A stretch of DNA of 64,000 bases, from assembly GCA_963768655.1 (NCBI GenBank), contig CAVYIM010000004.1, forward strand, positions 154,500-218,499, read 5' to 3'. Below, piece by piece: positions 17,860-26,794 of this stretch. Both the position numbers and the translations under genes were made by a program. Numbering within the stretch: position 1 is the stretch's first letter; every line of letters begins with the position of its first letter. Origin of the DNA: an uncultured Chloroflexia bacterium (GTDB lineage: Bacteria > Chloroflexota > Limnocylindria > Limnocylindrales > CSP1-4). The notes under the pieces are model-generated. The model was not told where the DNA came from, did no database searches, and was given only the letters and a program-made list of their open reading frames with translations.

Positions 17860-19620
17860 CTACTTACCCGCGGACGTCGCCAGCCGCTCCGCCAGCCGCT
17901 CTCCGGTGGTGACCGCCCCGAGCGACGCGGACGAGACCAAGGCCGCGTACTTGGCCATGACGCCGGTCTTGTAGCGCGGCGCGGGTGAGGTCCAGCGTGC
18001 GCGCCGCGCCGCCAGGACGCCCGCCGGAACGTTGAGGTCCAGGGCGTGACGGTCGACGTCGATGACGATCTCGTCGCCCTCCTCGACCAGCGCGATCGGG
18101 CCGCCCAGCGCCGCCTCCGGCGCCACGTGGCCGATCATCAACCCGTGGGTGCCGCCGGAGAAGCGGCCGTCGGTGAGCAGGGCCACGTAGTCGCCCATGC
18201 CCTCGCCGGATAGCGCCGCCGTGACCGAGAGCATCTCCTGCATGCCGGGTCCGCCGACCGGACCCTCGTAGCGGATCACGATCACATCTTCCTTGTTGAT
18301 CTTCTGGTTGCGGACGGCGTCGTAGCAGGCGTTCTCGGTGTCGAAGACGCGGGCCGGGCCCTTGTGGAAGCGGCGCTCGTGACCGGCCAGCTTGATGACA
18401 CAGCCTTCCGGGGCCAGCGTGCCGTGCAGGATCGTCAGGCCGCCGGTCGGGCTGAGCGGAGTCTCGATCGGCACGACGACCTTCTGGCCGGCCGTCTCGA
18501 CCGTGGCCGCCGCCGCGCTGGCGATCGTGCCGCCGTCGACGTTGGGGGTGGAGCCGTCGATCAGGCCCTTCTTGAGCAGCTCGCGGGTGACGAGGGAGAG
18601 TCCGCCGGCTTCGTAGAGGTCGGCGGCGGCATAGTGCCCACCGGGCACCAGGTCGCCGATGATCGGGGTCCGATCGGCGATCTCGCCGAAGACGTCGATG
18701 TCGAGCGGCGGGAGGCCGTATTCGTGGGCGATGGCCAGCAGGTGCAGAACGGCGTTGGTCGAGCCGCCGGTCGCGGCCACGCACGCGATCGCGTTCTGGA
18801 TCGACGCGCGGGTGACGAACTCCTTGGGCCGGACGTCGCGCCGGATCAGGTCCATCACGATCTCGCCGCAGCGATGCGCTGCCCTGTCCTTGTCCGGATG
18901 CTCGGCCGGGATGCCGTTGAGGCCCGCCGGCGAGAGGCCCAGGATCTCGAGGACCATCGACATCGTATTGGCGGTGTACTGCCCGCCGCACGCCCCGGCG
19001 CCCGGGCAGCTCACCGACTCGATCTCGTACAGCTCCTCGGCCGACATCTTGCCGGCCCGGTACGCACCGATGGCCTCGAAGATGGTGACGATCGTGGCGT
19101 CGCGCTTGCCCCTGTACACGCCCGGATAGATCGTGCCGTTGTAGAGGATCAGGCCAGGCCGGTCGAGGCGGCCAAGGGCCATCACGGCGCCCGGGATCGT
19201 CTTGTCGCAGCCCACCAGGCAGACGACGCCGTCGAGCATGTGGCCGCGGACGCACAGCTCGATCGAATCGGCGATGACCTCACGGCTGATGAGGCTGGTC
19301 TTCATGCCCTCGGTGCCCATCGAGGTCCCGTCGGAGATGGAGATCGTGCTGAACTCCATCGGCGTGCCGCCCGCCGCCCGGATGCCCGCCTTGACGTGCT
19401 CCGCCAGCCGGCGCTGGTTGTAGTTGCACGGCATCGTCTCGATCCAGGTCGTGGCCACGCCGATGAGCGGCCGGGCTAGGGCGTTGTCGTCGAAGCCGAT
19501 GGCCTTGAGCATGCCGCGCGCGGCGGCGCGGTCGGGGCCGTCGGTCAGGGCGGCGCTGTGGCGCTTGTCCGGGTTGCTGGGCAGGTCGTAGGGCAGGGGG
19601 CAAGGGGCGTCGTTCGACAT
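17860..19620 (-). CDS. ilvD: dihydroxy-acid dehydratase
   Basis: 586 aa. Contains the family-typical [30 protein letters not shown] and [13 protein letters not shown]. Confidence 0.95.
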   Translation of the reverse strand: MSNDAPCPLPYDLPSNPDKRHSAALTDGPDRAAARGMLKAIGFDDNALARPLIGVATTWIETMPCNYNQRRLAEHVKAGIRAAGGTPMEFSTISISDGTSMGTEGMKTSLISREVIADSIELCVRGHMLDGVVCLVGCDKTIPGAVMALGRLDRPGLILYNGTIYPGVYRGKRDATIVTIFEAIGAYRAGKMSAEELYEIESVSCPGAGACGGQYTANTMSMVLEILGLSPAGLNGIPAEHPDKDRAAHRCGEIVMDLIRRDVRPKEFVTRASIQNAIACVAATGGSTNAVLHLLAIAHEYGLPPLDIDVFGEIADRTPIIGDLVPGGHYAAADLYEAGGLSLVTRELLKKGLIDGSTPNVDGGTIASAAAATVETAGQKVVVPIETPLSPTGGLTILHGTLAPEGCVIKLAGHERRFHKGPARVFDTENACYDAVRNQKINKEDVIVIRYEGPVGGPGMQEMLSVTAALSGEGMGDYVALLTDGRFSGGTHGLMIGHVAPEAALGGPIALVEEGDEIVIDVDRHALDLNVPAGVLAARRARWTSPAPRYKTGVMAKYAALVSSASLGAVTTGERLAERLATSAGK

Positions 19621-19749
19621 GGTGGGTCTCTCCGCGGGTCTGAGCGGCTGCGTCGTCGCGGTAAGTTTAGGGCCTGAGGGATGGCGGCCGAGCGCCGGCG
19701 CAACGCGCCCCCGGTCGAGGGCGGCGGCCGGTCGGACTCCGGCGGCGCT

Positions 19750-21534
19750 CTACAGCTTCGAGATGAGCCAGCCGAGGGCGCTGTTCAACGATGGTGAAGG
19801 GCCCGTCTGGACGACCACGTCAAGCGCCGTCCGCTGCCCGTTGGGTGCGGTGTTCACCGCCACGACCCACCACTGCCGGTACGGCGGCAGCTTCGTCAGG
19901 TCGACGGACTCGGCGCCGGACGGCGCGACCGTCGTGTCGGAGTTCGGAATGCCGGGCTTGACGCTGATCGTGGCTGCGGTCGCGGACGGATCGACGACGA
20001 CAAACGGCCCCTCCGTCGAAGCTGGCCAGAACTCCACGGTGACGACACCGCTACCGGCCGACGGGGGCACGCCATATTCGTAGGACCCGGTGTCGGTCTC
20101 GAACACTGTCAGCTCGACGGAACTGCCCTGTGCCAGCGGCGTTCCCGGCGTCGCGTTCGGGTCGAACGCGAACAACCGGCCGCCCGGCAGGAGCGTGAGG
20201 ATCGCCACCAGGAGAATCGCCGCGCCGGCGCCCCGCATGGTGTAGGCATTCTCGTTCGCGTGCCGGGGCCGGAATGTGCCGGCGACGAAAGCGACGGGCA
20301 CGGCCATGAGGGTTGCCACCGTGAGCGCGTCCTGGTAGCCGGGCAGGAGCAGAGCCAGGATGAGCACGCCGACCGCCCCGCCGACCGCCCACGGCAGGCG
20401 AAGCGTGGCGTCGCGGTGCCGGCTGATCCGGGCCAGCTGGCCCATGCTTAGGCGCCCGGCGGCGAACGCTCCCAGGCAGGTCATGATCGCGACCTGGTTG
20501 GTGGCCCATTCGGCGGACTCGAGCACGGTGACGTGGAGGCCTGTCAGGCTGACGATCCCGACGACCATGTCGGTGATGCCGGGCGCCACGACCAGGACCG
20601 CTATCGAAAGGAAGAGCCACAGCACCATCTCGGCCACGAGCAAGAACAGGGCTCGGCGGATGGCGCGGTTGAGCCGGCCCGGCGACTGCTCCGCCTGCTC
20701 GATGAGAGCCGCCAGGTCGAGCGGCGGCCCGAGCCGGCTCGTGGCCTCGGACGCGGCCGCCTCCGGGCCGTAGCCGTGCTGCTCCAGAGCCCCGGCCGAA
20801 TCGACCAGGTGATCGCCGATCTCCTGGCAGACCCGATCCAGCTCGATCCTGGGCAGGTCCAGGCGGGCGCCGAGGTCGTCCACATAAGCCGCCAGAGCGG
20901 CCCCGCCGGGCCGCCGACCTTCACCGGACGCCGGGCCGGGTTCAGCCGGGAACGGCGGCCGGGTCTCGATGTACCGGTCGATGCGGGGAGTGGCGCGGGG
21001 CGTTGGCGGCGGCGCGGGTGCGTTGGCCGATGGCGCGGGCGCGGGCAGCGAGGCCGTCGCGGGGCCCGTCGCCGCGGACGTCCGAGCCGGAGCCGGAGCC
21101 GCGCCCTCGGGCGTCGCCGGGCGCGCCGTCGACGCCGTGTCCCTGGGCATGAACCACGAGCCGGCTTCGGGGTCGGGGCTGGCAAGTCGACGCTCCGCGC
21201 GGTCGGGCGCTCTGAACTGGCCCTGGTTGGCACGGGAGCCGGCCGGAGACCAGTCGGGTTCGTCGGCGCGTTCCAGGGCGCGCACGGTCGGGCGGTACTT
21301 GCGCCTGGTCCGCTCCCCGGCATGCCAGTCGCTCTGGAGCAGGCCCTCCGCCTCGAGGCGGTAGAGAGTGGGGTAGAGATGGGCCTCGGTGAGCCGGCTG
21401 GGGATGCCCTGCGCCGATCCGAGCCACCGCCAGATCTCGAAGCCGGAGAGCTCCTGTCCGCGTAGCGAGTCGATGATGGCGCGGTCGACCCCCTCGTCCA
21501 CGATCAATGGACCGTCCCGGCCCGACTGATACAT
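19750..21534 (-). CDS. PadR-family DNA-binding domain fused to a HAAS/DUF1700-like module, multi-TM region and extracytoplasmic C-terminal domain
   Basis: The N-terminus (GFEIWRWL...HLYPTLYRLEAEGLL...RRKYR) is a PadR winged helix. The rest is collinear with the separate membrane protein at 21647..23077. Confidence 0.7.
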   Translation of the reverse strand: MYQSGRDGPLIVDEGVDRAIIDSLRGQELSGFEIWRWLGSAQGIPSRLTEAHLYPTLYRLEAEGLLQSDWHAGERTRRKYRPTVRALERADEPDWSPAGSRANQGQFRAPDRAERRLASPDPEAGSWFMPRDTASTARPATPEGAAPAPARTSAATGPATASLPAPAPSANAPAPPPTPRATPRIDRYIETRPPFPAEPGPASGEGRRPGGAALAAYVDDLGARLDLPRIELDRVCQEIGDHLVDSAGALEQHGYGPEAAASEATSRLGPPLDLAALIEQAEQSPGRLNRAIRRALFLLVAEMVLWLFLSIAVLVVAPGITDMVVGIVSLTGLHVTVLESAEWATNQVAIMTCLGAFAAGRLSMGQLARISRHRDATLRLPWAVGGAVGVLILALLLPGYQDALTVATLMAVPVAFVAGTFRPRHANENAYTMRGAGAAILLVAILTLLPGGRLFAFDPNATPGTPLAQGSSVELTVFETDTGSYEYGVPPSAGSGVVTVEFWPASTEGPFVVVDPSATAATISVKPGIPNSDTTVAPSGAESVDLTKLPPYRQWWVVAVNTAPNGQRTALDVVVQTGPSPSLNSALGWLISKL

Positions 21535-21646
21535 CCACCACCACCGTACACATGCGGCTCAGATGCGAGTTGGTCGCGCCGAGGAGTGTAGTCGTCGCCT
21601 GGCCCAGGCGCCGACGGGCCCGCCGGCCCCGGCAACGCCTGTAGAA

Positions 21647-23077
21647 CTAACCGGCAGCCGTCAGCCAGTCCCAGATTGTGCCGGTGAAGTTCCTTTCGAC
21701 GAAGAACGGCCGGTCGCCGAGCCAGTACCGCTGGCCGTCCGCGCCTATGCCGGTCAGGAAGATCCACCATTTCGGAGTGCGGGAGCCGTTCAGGTTGATC
21801 GCGTCCTGGATCGTGTCGTCCGGACCAACGATCGCAACCGCACTCGCATAAGGCGCCGAGTAGCTCGTGTCCAGCAGGCCGAGCATGACTCCGGACGGAG
21901 CGCCGGGATACGCGTTGGCGCGCCAGGCCTCGATGCGGAGGTCGTGGAACGCGGATAGCATGGCCGGGTCCTGGACGGTGATCGTGGGAGCGACGCCGAC
22001 CACGGAGCTCGAGTAGTCGAGATTGATTGCCTGATCGGGCGCGTGCGGCGCTACGTGGTTCCAGCCGATGCTGTCGTCGGTGTAACTGACGCTCCAGCCG
22101 CCGGCCTGCCCGTTGACCCCGAACGGACCCAGCACGCCTGCCAGCACGACGAAGCCGACCAGGAGCCCGCCTGCAATGGCGAGTCGCCGGCCGGTCACCG
22201 CCGGAACACGCACCCGCACCTTGACCAGCGCCCCGGCCGCGAAGGTCAGCGGGATGGCAAGCTCGAACACGACGACGAGCCAGCTCTGCTGGACGGTGAC
22301 CACGAAGACGACGAGCCAGCCGAGCCCAAGCATCCCGGCGAGCGCCCACCAGGGGCCGAGTTGGGTCGCCGTCCGGCCGCTGACCAGAGCGCAGGCTCGG
22401 ACCGCCCGACGGCCGGCCACGAATGCGGGCAACCAGGCGATGGCCGCCCCGACGGCGGTGCCGAATCCCAGCTCGCTCTGGTCGAACTCGACGGGAATGA
22501 AGTGGTTGGCGACGAAGTCGACGAGCGGTCTCAGCCCGACTCCGATCACGAGCGCCGCAACGAACAAGACCCAGAATGCCAGGATCGTGCCCTGAATCGC
22601 GCCGACGCCGGCGGCCCAGACGCCGCCGGCGGCGCCGGCGAGCAACCGTCGCGTCGACTGGTGGGCCCGGCGGAGTTGCCGTGCCAGATCCTCCGTCCGA
22701 CCCAGTCGAGCCAGGGCTTCGCCGACCGCAAAGTCGAAATCGCGCCCCTCGGCCTGAATTGCGGCGATGGAGTCGGTGAGGTGGTCGGACAGCTCGGCAC
22801 GGATCTCCGCGCGCATTTCAGCCGGCAATTCGAGTTGAGAGTCGAGGCGGGTCAGGTACTCCGCCGCCTCCGCCGGAAGCTGATCCGGGACGCGCCCCTG
22901 GAGCGTTTGCTTGCTCGCGGCCGACCGCGCGTTGCGCCTGCCAAGTTCGACCTGGCCCCAGAACGCCCATGCGAGCAGAACCACGATGGTCGCGGGCAAC
23001 GTGCCCGCTCTCGCGAAGGCCGCCGTCGCCAGAATCAGGATTGCCGACGCAAGCACGGCCGAGAAGAACCTAGCCAT
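21647..23077 (-). CDS. PadR-associated membrane sensor-like protein (HAAS/DUF1700-like segment + TM bundle + extracytoplasmic domain)
   Basis: The ATG at 23077 overlaps the padR stop (ATGGCTAG); the longest ORF starts at 23092. AAEYLTRLDSQLELPAEMRAEIRAELSDHL resembles a DUF1700-type module. Multiple TM helices follow. Confidence 0.6.
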   Translation of the reverse strand: MARFFSAVLASAILILATAAFARAGTLPATIVVLLAWAFWGQVELGRRNARSAASKQTLQGRVPDQLPAEAAEYLTRLDSQLELPAEMRAEIRAELSDHLTDSIAAIQAEGRDFDFAVGEALARLGRTEDLARQLRRAHQSTRRLLAGAAGGVWAAGVGAIQGTILAFWVLFVAALVIGVGLRPLVDFVANHFIPVEFDQSELGFGTAVGAAIAWLPAFVAGRRAVRACALVSGRTATQLGPWWALAGMLGLGWLVVFVVTVQQSWLVVVFELAIPLTFAAGALVKVRVRVPAVTGRRLAIAGGLLVGFVVLAGVLGPFGVNGQAGGWSVSYTDDSIGWNHVAPHAPDQAINLDYSSSVVGVAPTITVQDPAMLSAFHDLRIEAWRANAYPGAPSGVMLGLLDTSYSAPYASAVAIVGPDDTIQDAINLNGSRTPKWWIFLTGIGADGQRYWLGDRPFFVERNFTGTIWDWLTAAG

Positions 23078-23417
23078 TGGCCCGCGTCCCAACCGCTCGC
23101 GCCATCCCTACCGAGAAAGCGGCCCATTCGGCTTCGTGTTCCGCAAGCAGGCCGCTGCCCGTTGGCGTGATGCGGTAGTACCGGCGCCGCGGGCCCTTGT
23201 CGCTGTCGCGCCACTCGGCCTGGAGGGCGCCGTCGGCCTCGAGGCTGTGGAGCGCCGGATACAGCGACCCCTCGCTCGGCGCGAAGGCGCCGCCGCTCCG
23301 CTCGCGAACGCGCTGTGCGATCTCGTAGCCGTACAGCTCGCCGTCGCGCAGGACGCTCAGAACCAGGAGTGGAGTCGTGCCCTTGAGAAGCTGGCCCCGG
23401 ATCTTTCCTGCGCCCAC
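23070..23417 (-). CDS. PadR family transcriptional regulator
   Basis: The GTG at 23417 is preceded by GGAGG with a 5-nt spacer. Contains the PadR signature LLVLSVLRDGELYGYEI...GSLYPALHSLEADGAL...RRRYYRIT. Confidence 0.85.
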   Translation of the reverse strand: MGAGKIRGQLLKGTTPLLVLSVLRDGELYGYEIAQRVRERSGGAFAPSEGSLYPALHSLEADGALQAEWRDSDKGPRRRYYRITPTGSGLLAEHEAEWAAFSVGMARAVGTRANG

Positions 23418-23455
23418 GGCTACCTCCGTACACGCTCTATCATATAACGAGGTAG

Positions 23456-23485
23456 ATCGTAGGCGATTGCGACCTCGCGTGTCAA
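23456..23485 (-). promoter_or_regulatory. candidate sigma-70-like promoter for padR operon (TTGACA-N18-TACGAT)
   Basis: On the minus strand, TTGACA (23485-23480) and TACGAT (23461-23456) are separated by 18 nt. They lie about 40 nt upstream of the padR start. Confidence 0.35.
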
Positions 23486-23901
23486 CGACATCGCGGCGGG
23501 CTTCGAGCGATCGGCAGCGGGCGCTATCGCGGCGCGATGCCTTCGCGCCGTGGGCCTGGGGCTTGTGCCCAGGGCCAAGCACAGACGCGGCAGTCCGGGC
23601 GAGTCTGAACCGGACATGCTCGTCTGGAGACACACGTCGAGCGAGGGGAGTGTCAACGAGCCGCCGTCGACGTCGGGACTGTTCGTTTGGAGCCACACAA
23701 CCGACGCCAGCAGAGCGTCCAGGTCGAGAATGTGGTCGCGGCTGGGCAGGATTGGCGAGTGAGCGGTCCGCTCTCGGCGCCATGTGGCGTATGTGGTTGT
23801 ATATGTACCTGAATACGAGCAGCCGATCGCCGAAGACGCCCCGATTGTCAGATGTGGATGTCTGGCCGGGCAGGAACGACCGCGCCGCGGCGCGCGCACG
23901 T

Positions 23902-23935
23902 AGGAAAAGAGGCCCGCTGGCGAATGGCGGGCCTC
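23902..23935 (-). terminator. Rho-independent terminator downstream of leuD
   Basis: On the minus strand, a 9-bp stem (GAGGCCCGC paired with GCGGGCCTC) with a 9-nt loop is followed directly by TTTTCCT. It lies about 50 nt after the leuD stop. Confidence 0.7.
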
Positions 23936-23986
23936 AAGTGGTCGGAGCGGGCGGCTATCGCGTGGCGGCGCCTTCACGCCGCGAGC

Positions 23987-24604
23987 CTAGGCTCGCAAGG
24001 TGTCGACGCGGGCCGGGTGGGCGGCTTCCCAGGCTTCGATCGCCGGCAGCTTCGAGCGCACGTAGCCGATCTCGTCGGTGCCGGCCAGGATCATCGCCCG
24101 GGCGAACGGATCGATCTCGAACGCGAACGACTCGCCGCCGGGCAACGCGACCCTTTCGGCCTCCAGATCCACGGTCCACTCGCCATCGGGCGCGGCCGAA
24201 ACCAGAGCCTGGAGAGCGGCGAGCCGCTCGGCGGAGACGACGATCGGCAGGAGCGCGTTCTTCAGCGCGTTGGCCCGGAAGATGTCGGCGAAGCTGGTCG
24301 AGACGATGGCCCGGATGCCCCACGCCCGCAGCGCCCACGGGGCGTGCTCGCGCGAGGATCCGGCGCCGAAGTTGTCGCCGACCAGGAGGATCTGGCGGCC
24401 GGCGTTGTGCGGCTCGTCGATGAAAGACGGCGGCACGCGCCGCTTCCCGTCCGGCGTGAAGCGCCAGTCGAAGAAGAGCGCGTCGGCCAGACCGGCCTTG
24501 TCGGTGATCTTGAGGAAGCGGGCCGGGCAGATCTGATCCGTGTCGATGTTGGCGCGTGGGATCGAGATGACGCGGCTGGTGGTCGAAACGAATGGCTCGG
24601 GCAT
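23987..24604 (-). CDS. leuD: 3-isopropylmalate dehydratase small subunit
   Basis: Contains NIDTDQICPARFLK and GDNFGAGSSREHAPWAL. Lies adjacent to leuC. Confidence 0.95.
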   Translation of the reverse strand: MPEPFVSTTSRVISIPRANIDTDQICPARFLKITDKAGLADALFFDWRFTPDGKRRVPPSFIDEPHNAGRQILLVGDNFGAGSSREHAPWALRAWGIRAIVSTSFADIFRANALKNALLPIVVSAERLAALQALVSAAPDGEWTVDLEAERVALPGGESFAFEIDPFARAMILAGTDEIGYVRSKLPAIEAWEAAHPARVDTLRA

Positions 24605-24605
24605 G

Positions 24606-26066
24606 TCAGTTGGCCTCCACGGCCGCGGACCGCGAGACGGCCCCGGGCTTCGCCGCGACGCCCGGGAGCGTCCGCGGATCGGTGATGACGCCGGTGACGG
24701 CGCTGGCGGCGGCGGTCAGCGGTGAGGCGAGGAACGAGCGGCCGCCCTTGCCCTGGCGCCCCTGGAAGTTGCGGTTCGAGGTGCTGATGCCGTACTCGCC
24801 GGGCTCGAGCTGGTCGCCGTTCATGGCGATGCACATCGAGCAGCCCGACTCGCGCCACTCCGCGCCGGCCGAGCGGAAGACCTCGTCGAGGCCCTCGCTC
24901 TCGGCCTGGGCCTTGACCTGCTGGCTGCCAGGGACGACCAGGACGCGCAGGCCGTCGGCCACGTGGCGGCCGCGCAGGACCGAAGCCGCGGCGCGCATGT
25001 CCTCGATCCGGCCGTTGGTGCACGAGCCGATGAACACGACGTCGAGCTTCTGGCCGGCGATCGACTTGCCTGCCTGGAGGCCCATGTAGGCGAGCGCACG
25101 CTCGAGGTCGTCTCGGGCGCCCGGCTCGACGTCGGCCGGTCCGGGAATCCGGCCGGTCACCGGCACGCCCATGCCGGGGTTCGTGCCGTAGGTGACCATC
25201 GGCTCGAGCCTGTCGCCGTCGATGACGATCGTTCGGTCGTAGGTCGCGCCGTCGTCGGTCGGCAGCTTGCGCCAGCGGGCGACGGCCTCGTCCCAGGCCG
25301 CTCCCTTCGGGACGAACCTGCGGCCCTTCAGGTAAGCGAACGTTGTCTCGTCCGGGGCGACGAGCCCGGCTCGGGCGCCGCCCTCGATCGACATGTTGCA
25401 GACGGTCATCCGCTCTTCCATCGACAGGGCGCGGATGGCGCTCCCGGTGTACTCGAAAACGTGGCCGGTTCCGCCGCCGATCCCGATGCGGGCGATCAGG
25501 GCGAGGATGATGTCCTTGGCGCCGACGCCGGGCGCCAGCCGTCCGGTCACCTCGACCTTGAAGGTCTTCGGCTTGCGCTGCAGCAGCGTCTGCGTAGCCA
25601 GGACCATCTCGATCTCGCTCGTCCCGATGCCGAACGCCAGTGCCCCGAAGGCGCCGTGCGTGGCGGTGTGGGAGTCGCCGCAGACGATGGTCATGCCCGG
25701 CTGCGTCAGGCCGAGCTCCGGTCCGATCACGTGCACGATGCCGCGCGTCGGGCTGCCCTTGCCGTGGAACGGGATGCCGAACTCGCGGCAGTTCTCCTCG
25801 ATCTGGGCAAGCTGCTTGCGGGCCAGCTCGTCGGCGATCGGCAGCGACGGGTCCAGCGTCGGGATCGAATGGTCAGCGGTGGCGACGGTCTGGCCGGGCT
25901 TTCGAACCTTCAGGCCGCGCTCGCGCAGGCCGGTGAATGCCTGCGGGCTGGTGACCTCGTGGACGAGGTGTAGATCGATCGCGAGGATTGCCGGCGCGCC
26001 GGGGTCGGACGCCACCACGTGGTCGTCCCAGATCTTCTCCAGGATGGTGCGCGGTTTCTCAGCCAT
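24606..26066 (-). CDS. leuC: 3-isopropylmalate dehydratase large subunit
   Basis: The start at 26066 gives [18 protein letters not shown], as in homologs. Contains the aconitase-family motifs [12 protein letters not shown] and GSCTNGR. The longer ORF to 26252 would be encoded by 17-bp repeats and was rejected. Confidence 0.95.
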   Translation of the reverse strand: MAEKPRTILEKIWDDHVVASDPGAPAILAIDLHLVHEVTSPQAFTGLRERGLKVRKPGQTVATADHSIPTLDPSLPIADELARKQLAQIEENCREFGIPFHGKGSPTRGIVHVIGPELGLTQPGMTIVCGDSHTATHGAFGALAFGIGTSEIEMVLATQTLLQRKPKTFKVEVTGRLAPGVGAKDIILALIARIGIGGGTGHVFEYTGSAIRALSMEERMTVCNMSIEGGARAGLVAPDETTFAYLKGRRFVPKGAAWDEAVARWRKLPTDDGATYDRTIVIDGDRLEPMVTYGTNPGMGVPVTGRIPGPADVEPGARDDLERALAYMGLQAGKSIAGQKLDVVFIGSCTNGRIEDMRAAASVLRGRHVADGLRVLVVPGSQQVKAQAESEGLDEVFRSAGAEWRESGCSMCIAMNGDQLEPGEYGISTSNRNFQGRQGKGGRSFLASPLTAAASAVTGVITDPRTLPGVAAKPGAVSRSAAVEAN

Positions 26067-26150
26067 GTTTCCACTCGCGTTCGATTGTCCCGCCTCACAG
26101 CGGACGGGGGTCATCGAATGTACCAGACGAACGCAAACGGGGGCCGACTC

Positions 26151-26279
26151 GTGGGTCACGCGAGCCACCCGAATGCCTGAGCCACGCGAATGCCCGAGCC
26201 ACCCGAATGCCTGAGCCACCCGAATGCCTGGCCCCCCGAATGCCTGAGCCACGCGAATGCCCGAGCCACGCGAAGCTCC
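26151..26279. repeat. 17-bp direct tandem repeat, ~7 units (GAGCCAC[C/G]CGAATGCC[T/C])
   Basis: Units lie at 26162-78, 26179-95, 26196-212, 26213-29, 26230-45 (16 nt) and 26246-62, with a degenerate unit at 26263-79 and a partial unit before 26162. The array lies in the leuC 5' leader region. Confidence 0.9.
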
Positions 26280-26794
26280 TCAACACGCATGGAGTGAGTA
26301 GTAAGTTGGGCTGCCGGCCCGACTCCGGCACACCGAGAGCCCCGGTCGGCATCGGTTAGCCGTAAGTGGCTGACGACGGTCCATCAGGAGCCGAATCCGC
26401 ACCGCCGATTGGCCTCTCATGGACCGGCGGCCTCGCCGGCCGCACTTTGCACTCACCCCATGCGTGATGAGGAATTCCCGGTCGGGTGGGGCCAATCCCG
26501 GCTAGATCCTGGGCGCTCCCCTCGGCGCCCGCGCCGCTCGCCCGCCCCGGCGCCTGCCCCGGCGCGCTCCCCTCGGCCGCAGCGCCGGCCGCTATTCCAG
26601 CGCCGCCCGCAGGCGGAGCAGCGGGGCGACCGCGAGGGCCTGCGCAAGGCGCCGTTCGTGGCGTCCGCGCACCGCCTCGGGGTGCCCGGTGACGTTCGGC
26701 ACTGGCCCGCTACTGCATTTGCCTGAGACGCTTCCGCTGCGAGGCCGCCGCGCGGGGTAGCCGTGCTCTGGGCCGCGCCCGGAGGAGGCGTGAG

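Noticed and set aside
24606-26252. 548-aa version of LeuC starting at 26252.
   Set aside because: The extra 62 aa would be encoded by the 17-bp tandem repeats, whose period is not a multiple of 3. LeuC homologs begin near [18 protein letters not shown].
26151-26279. The 17-bp array and the intragenic 966-bp and 543-bp repeats, considered as a possible CRISPR array.
   Set aside because: The units are directly adjacent with no unique spacers. The large repeats are in-frame coding sequence, and no cas genes are present.
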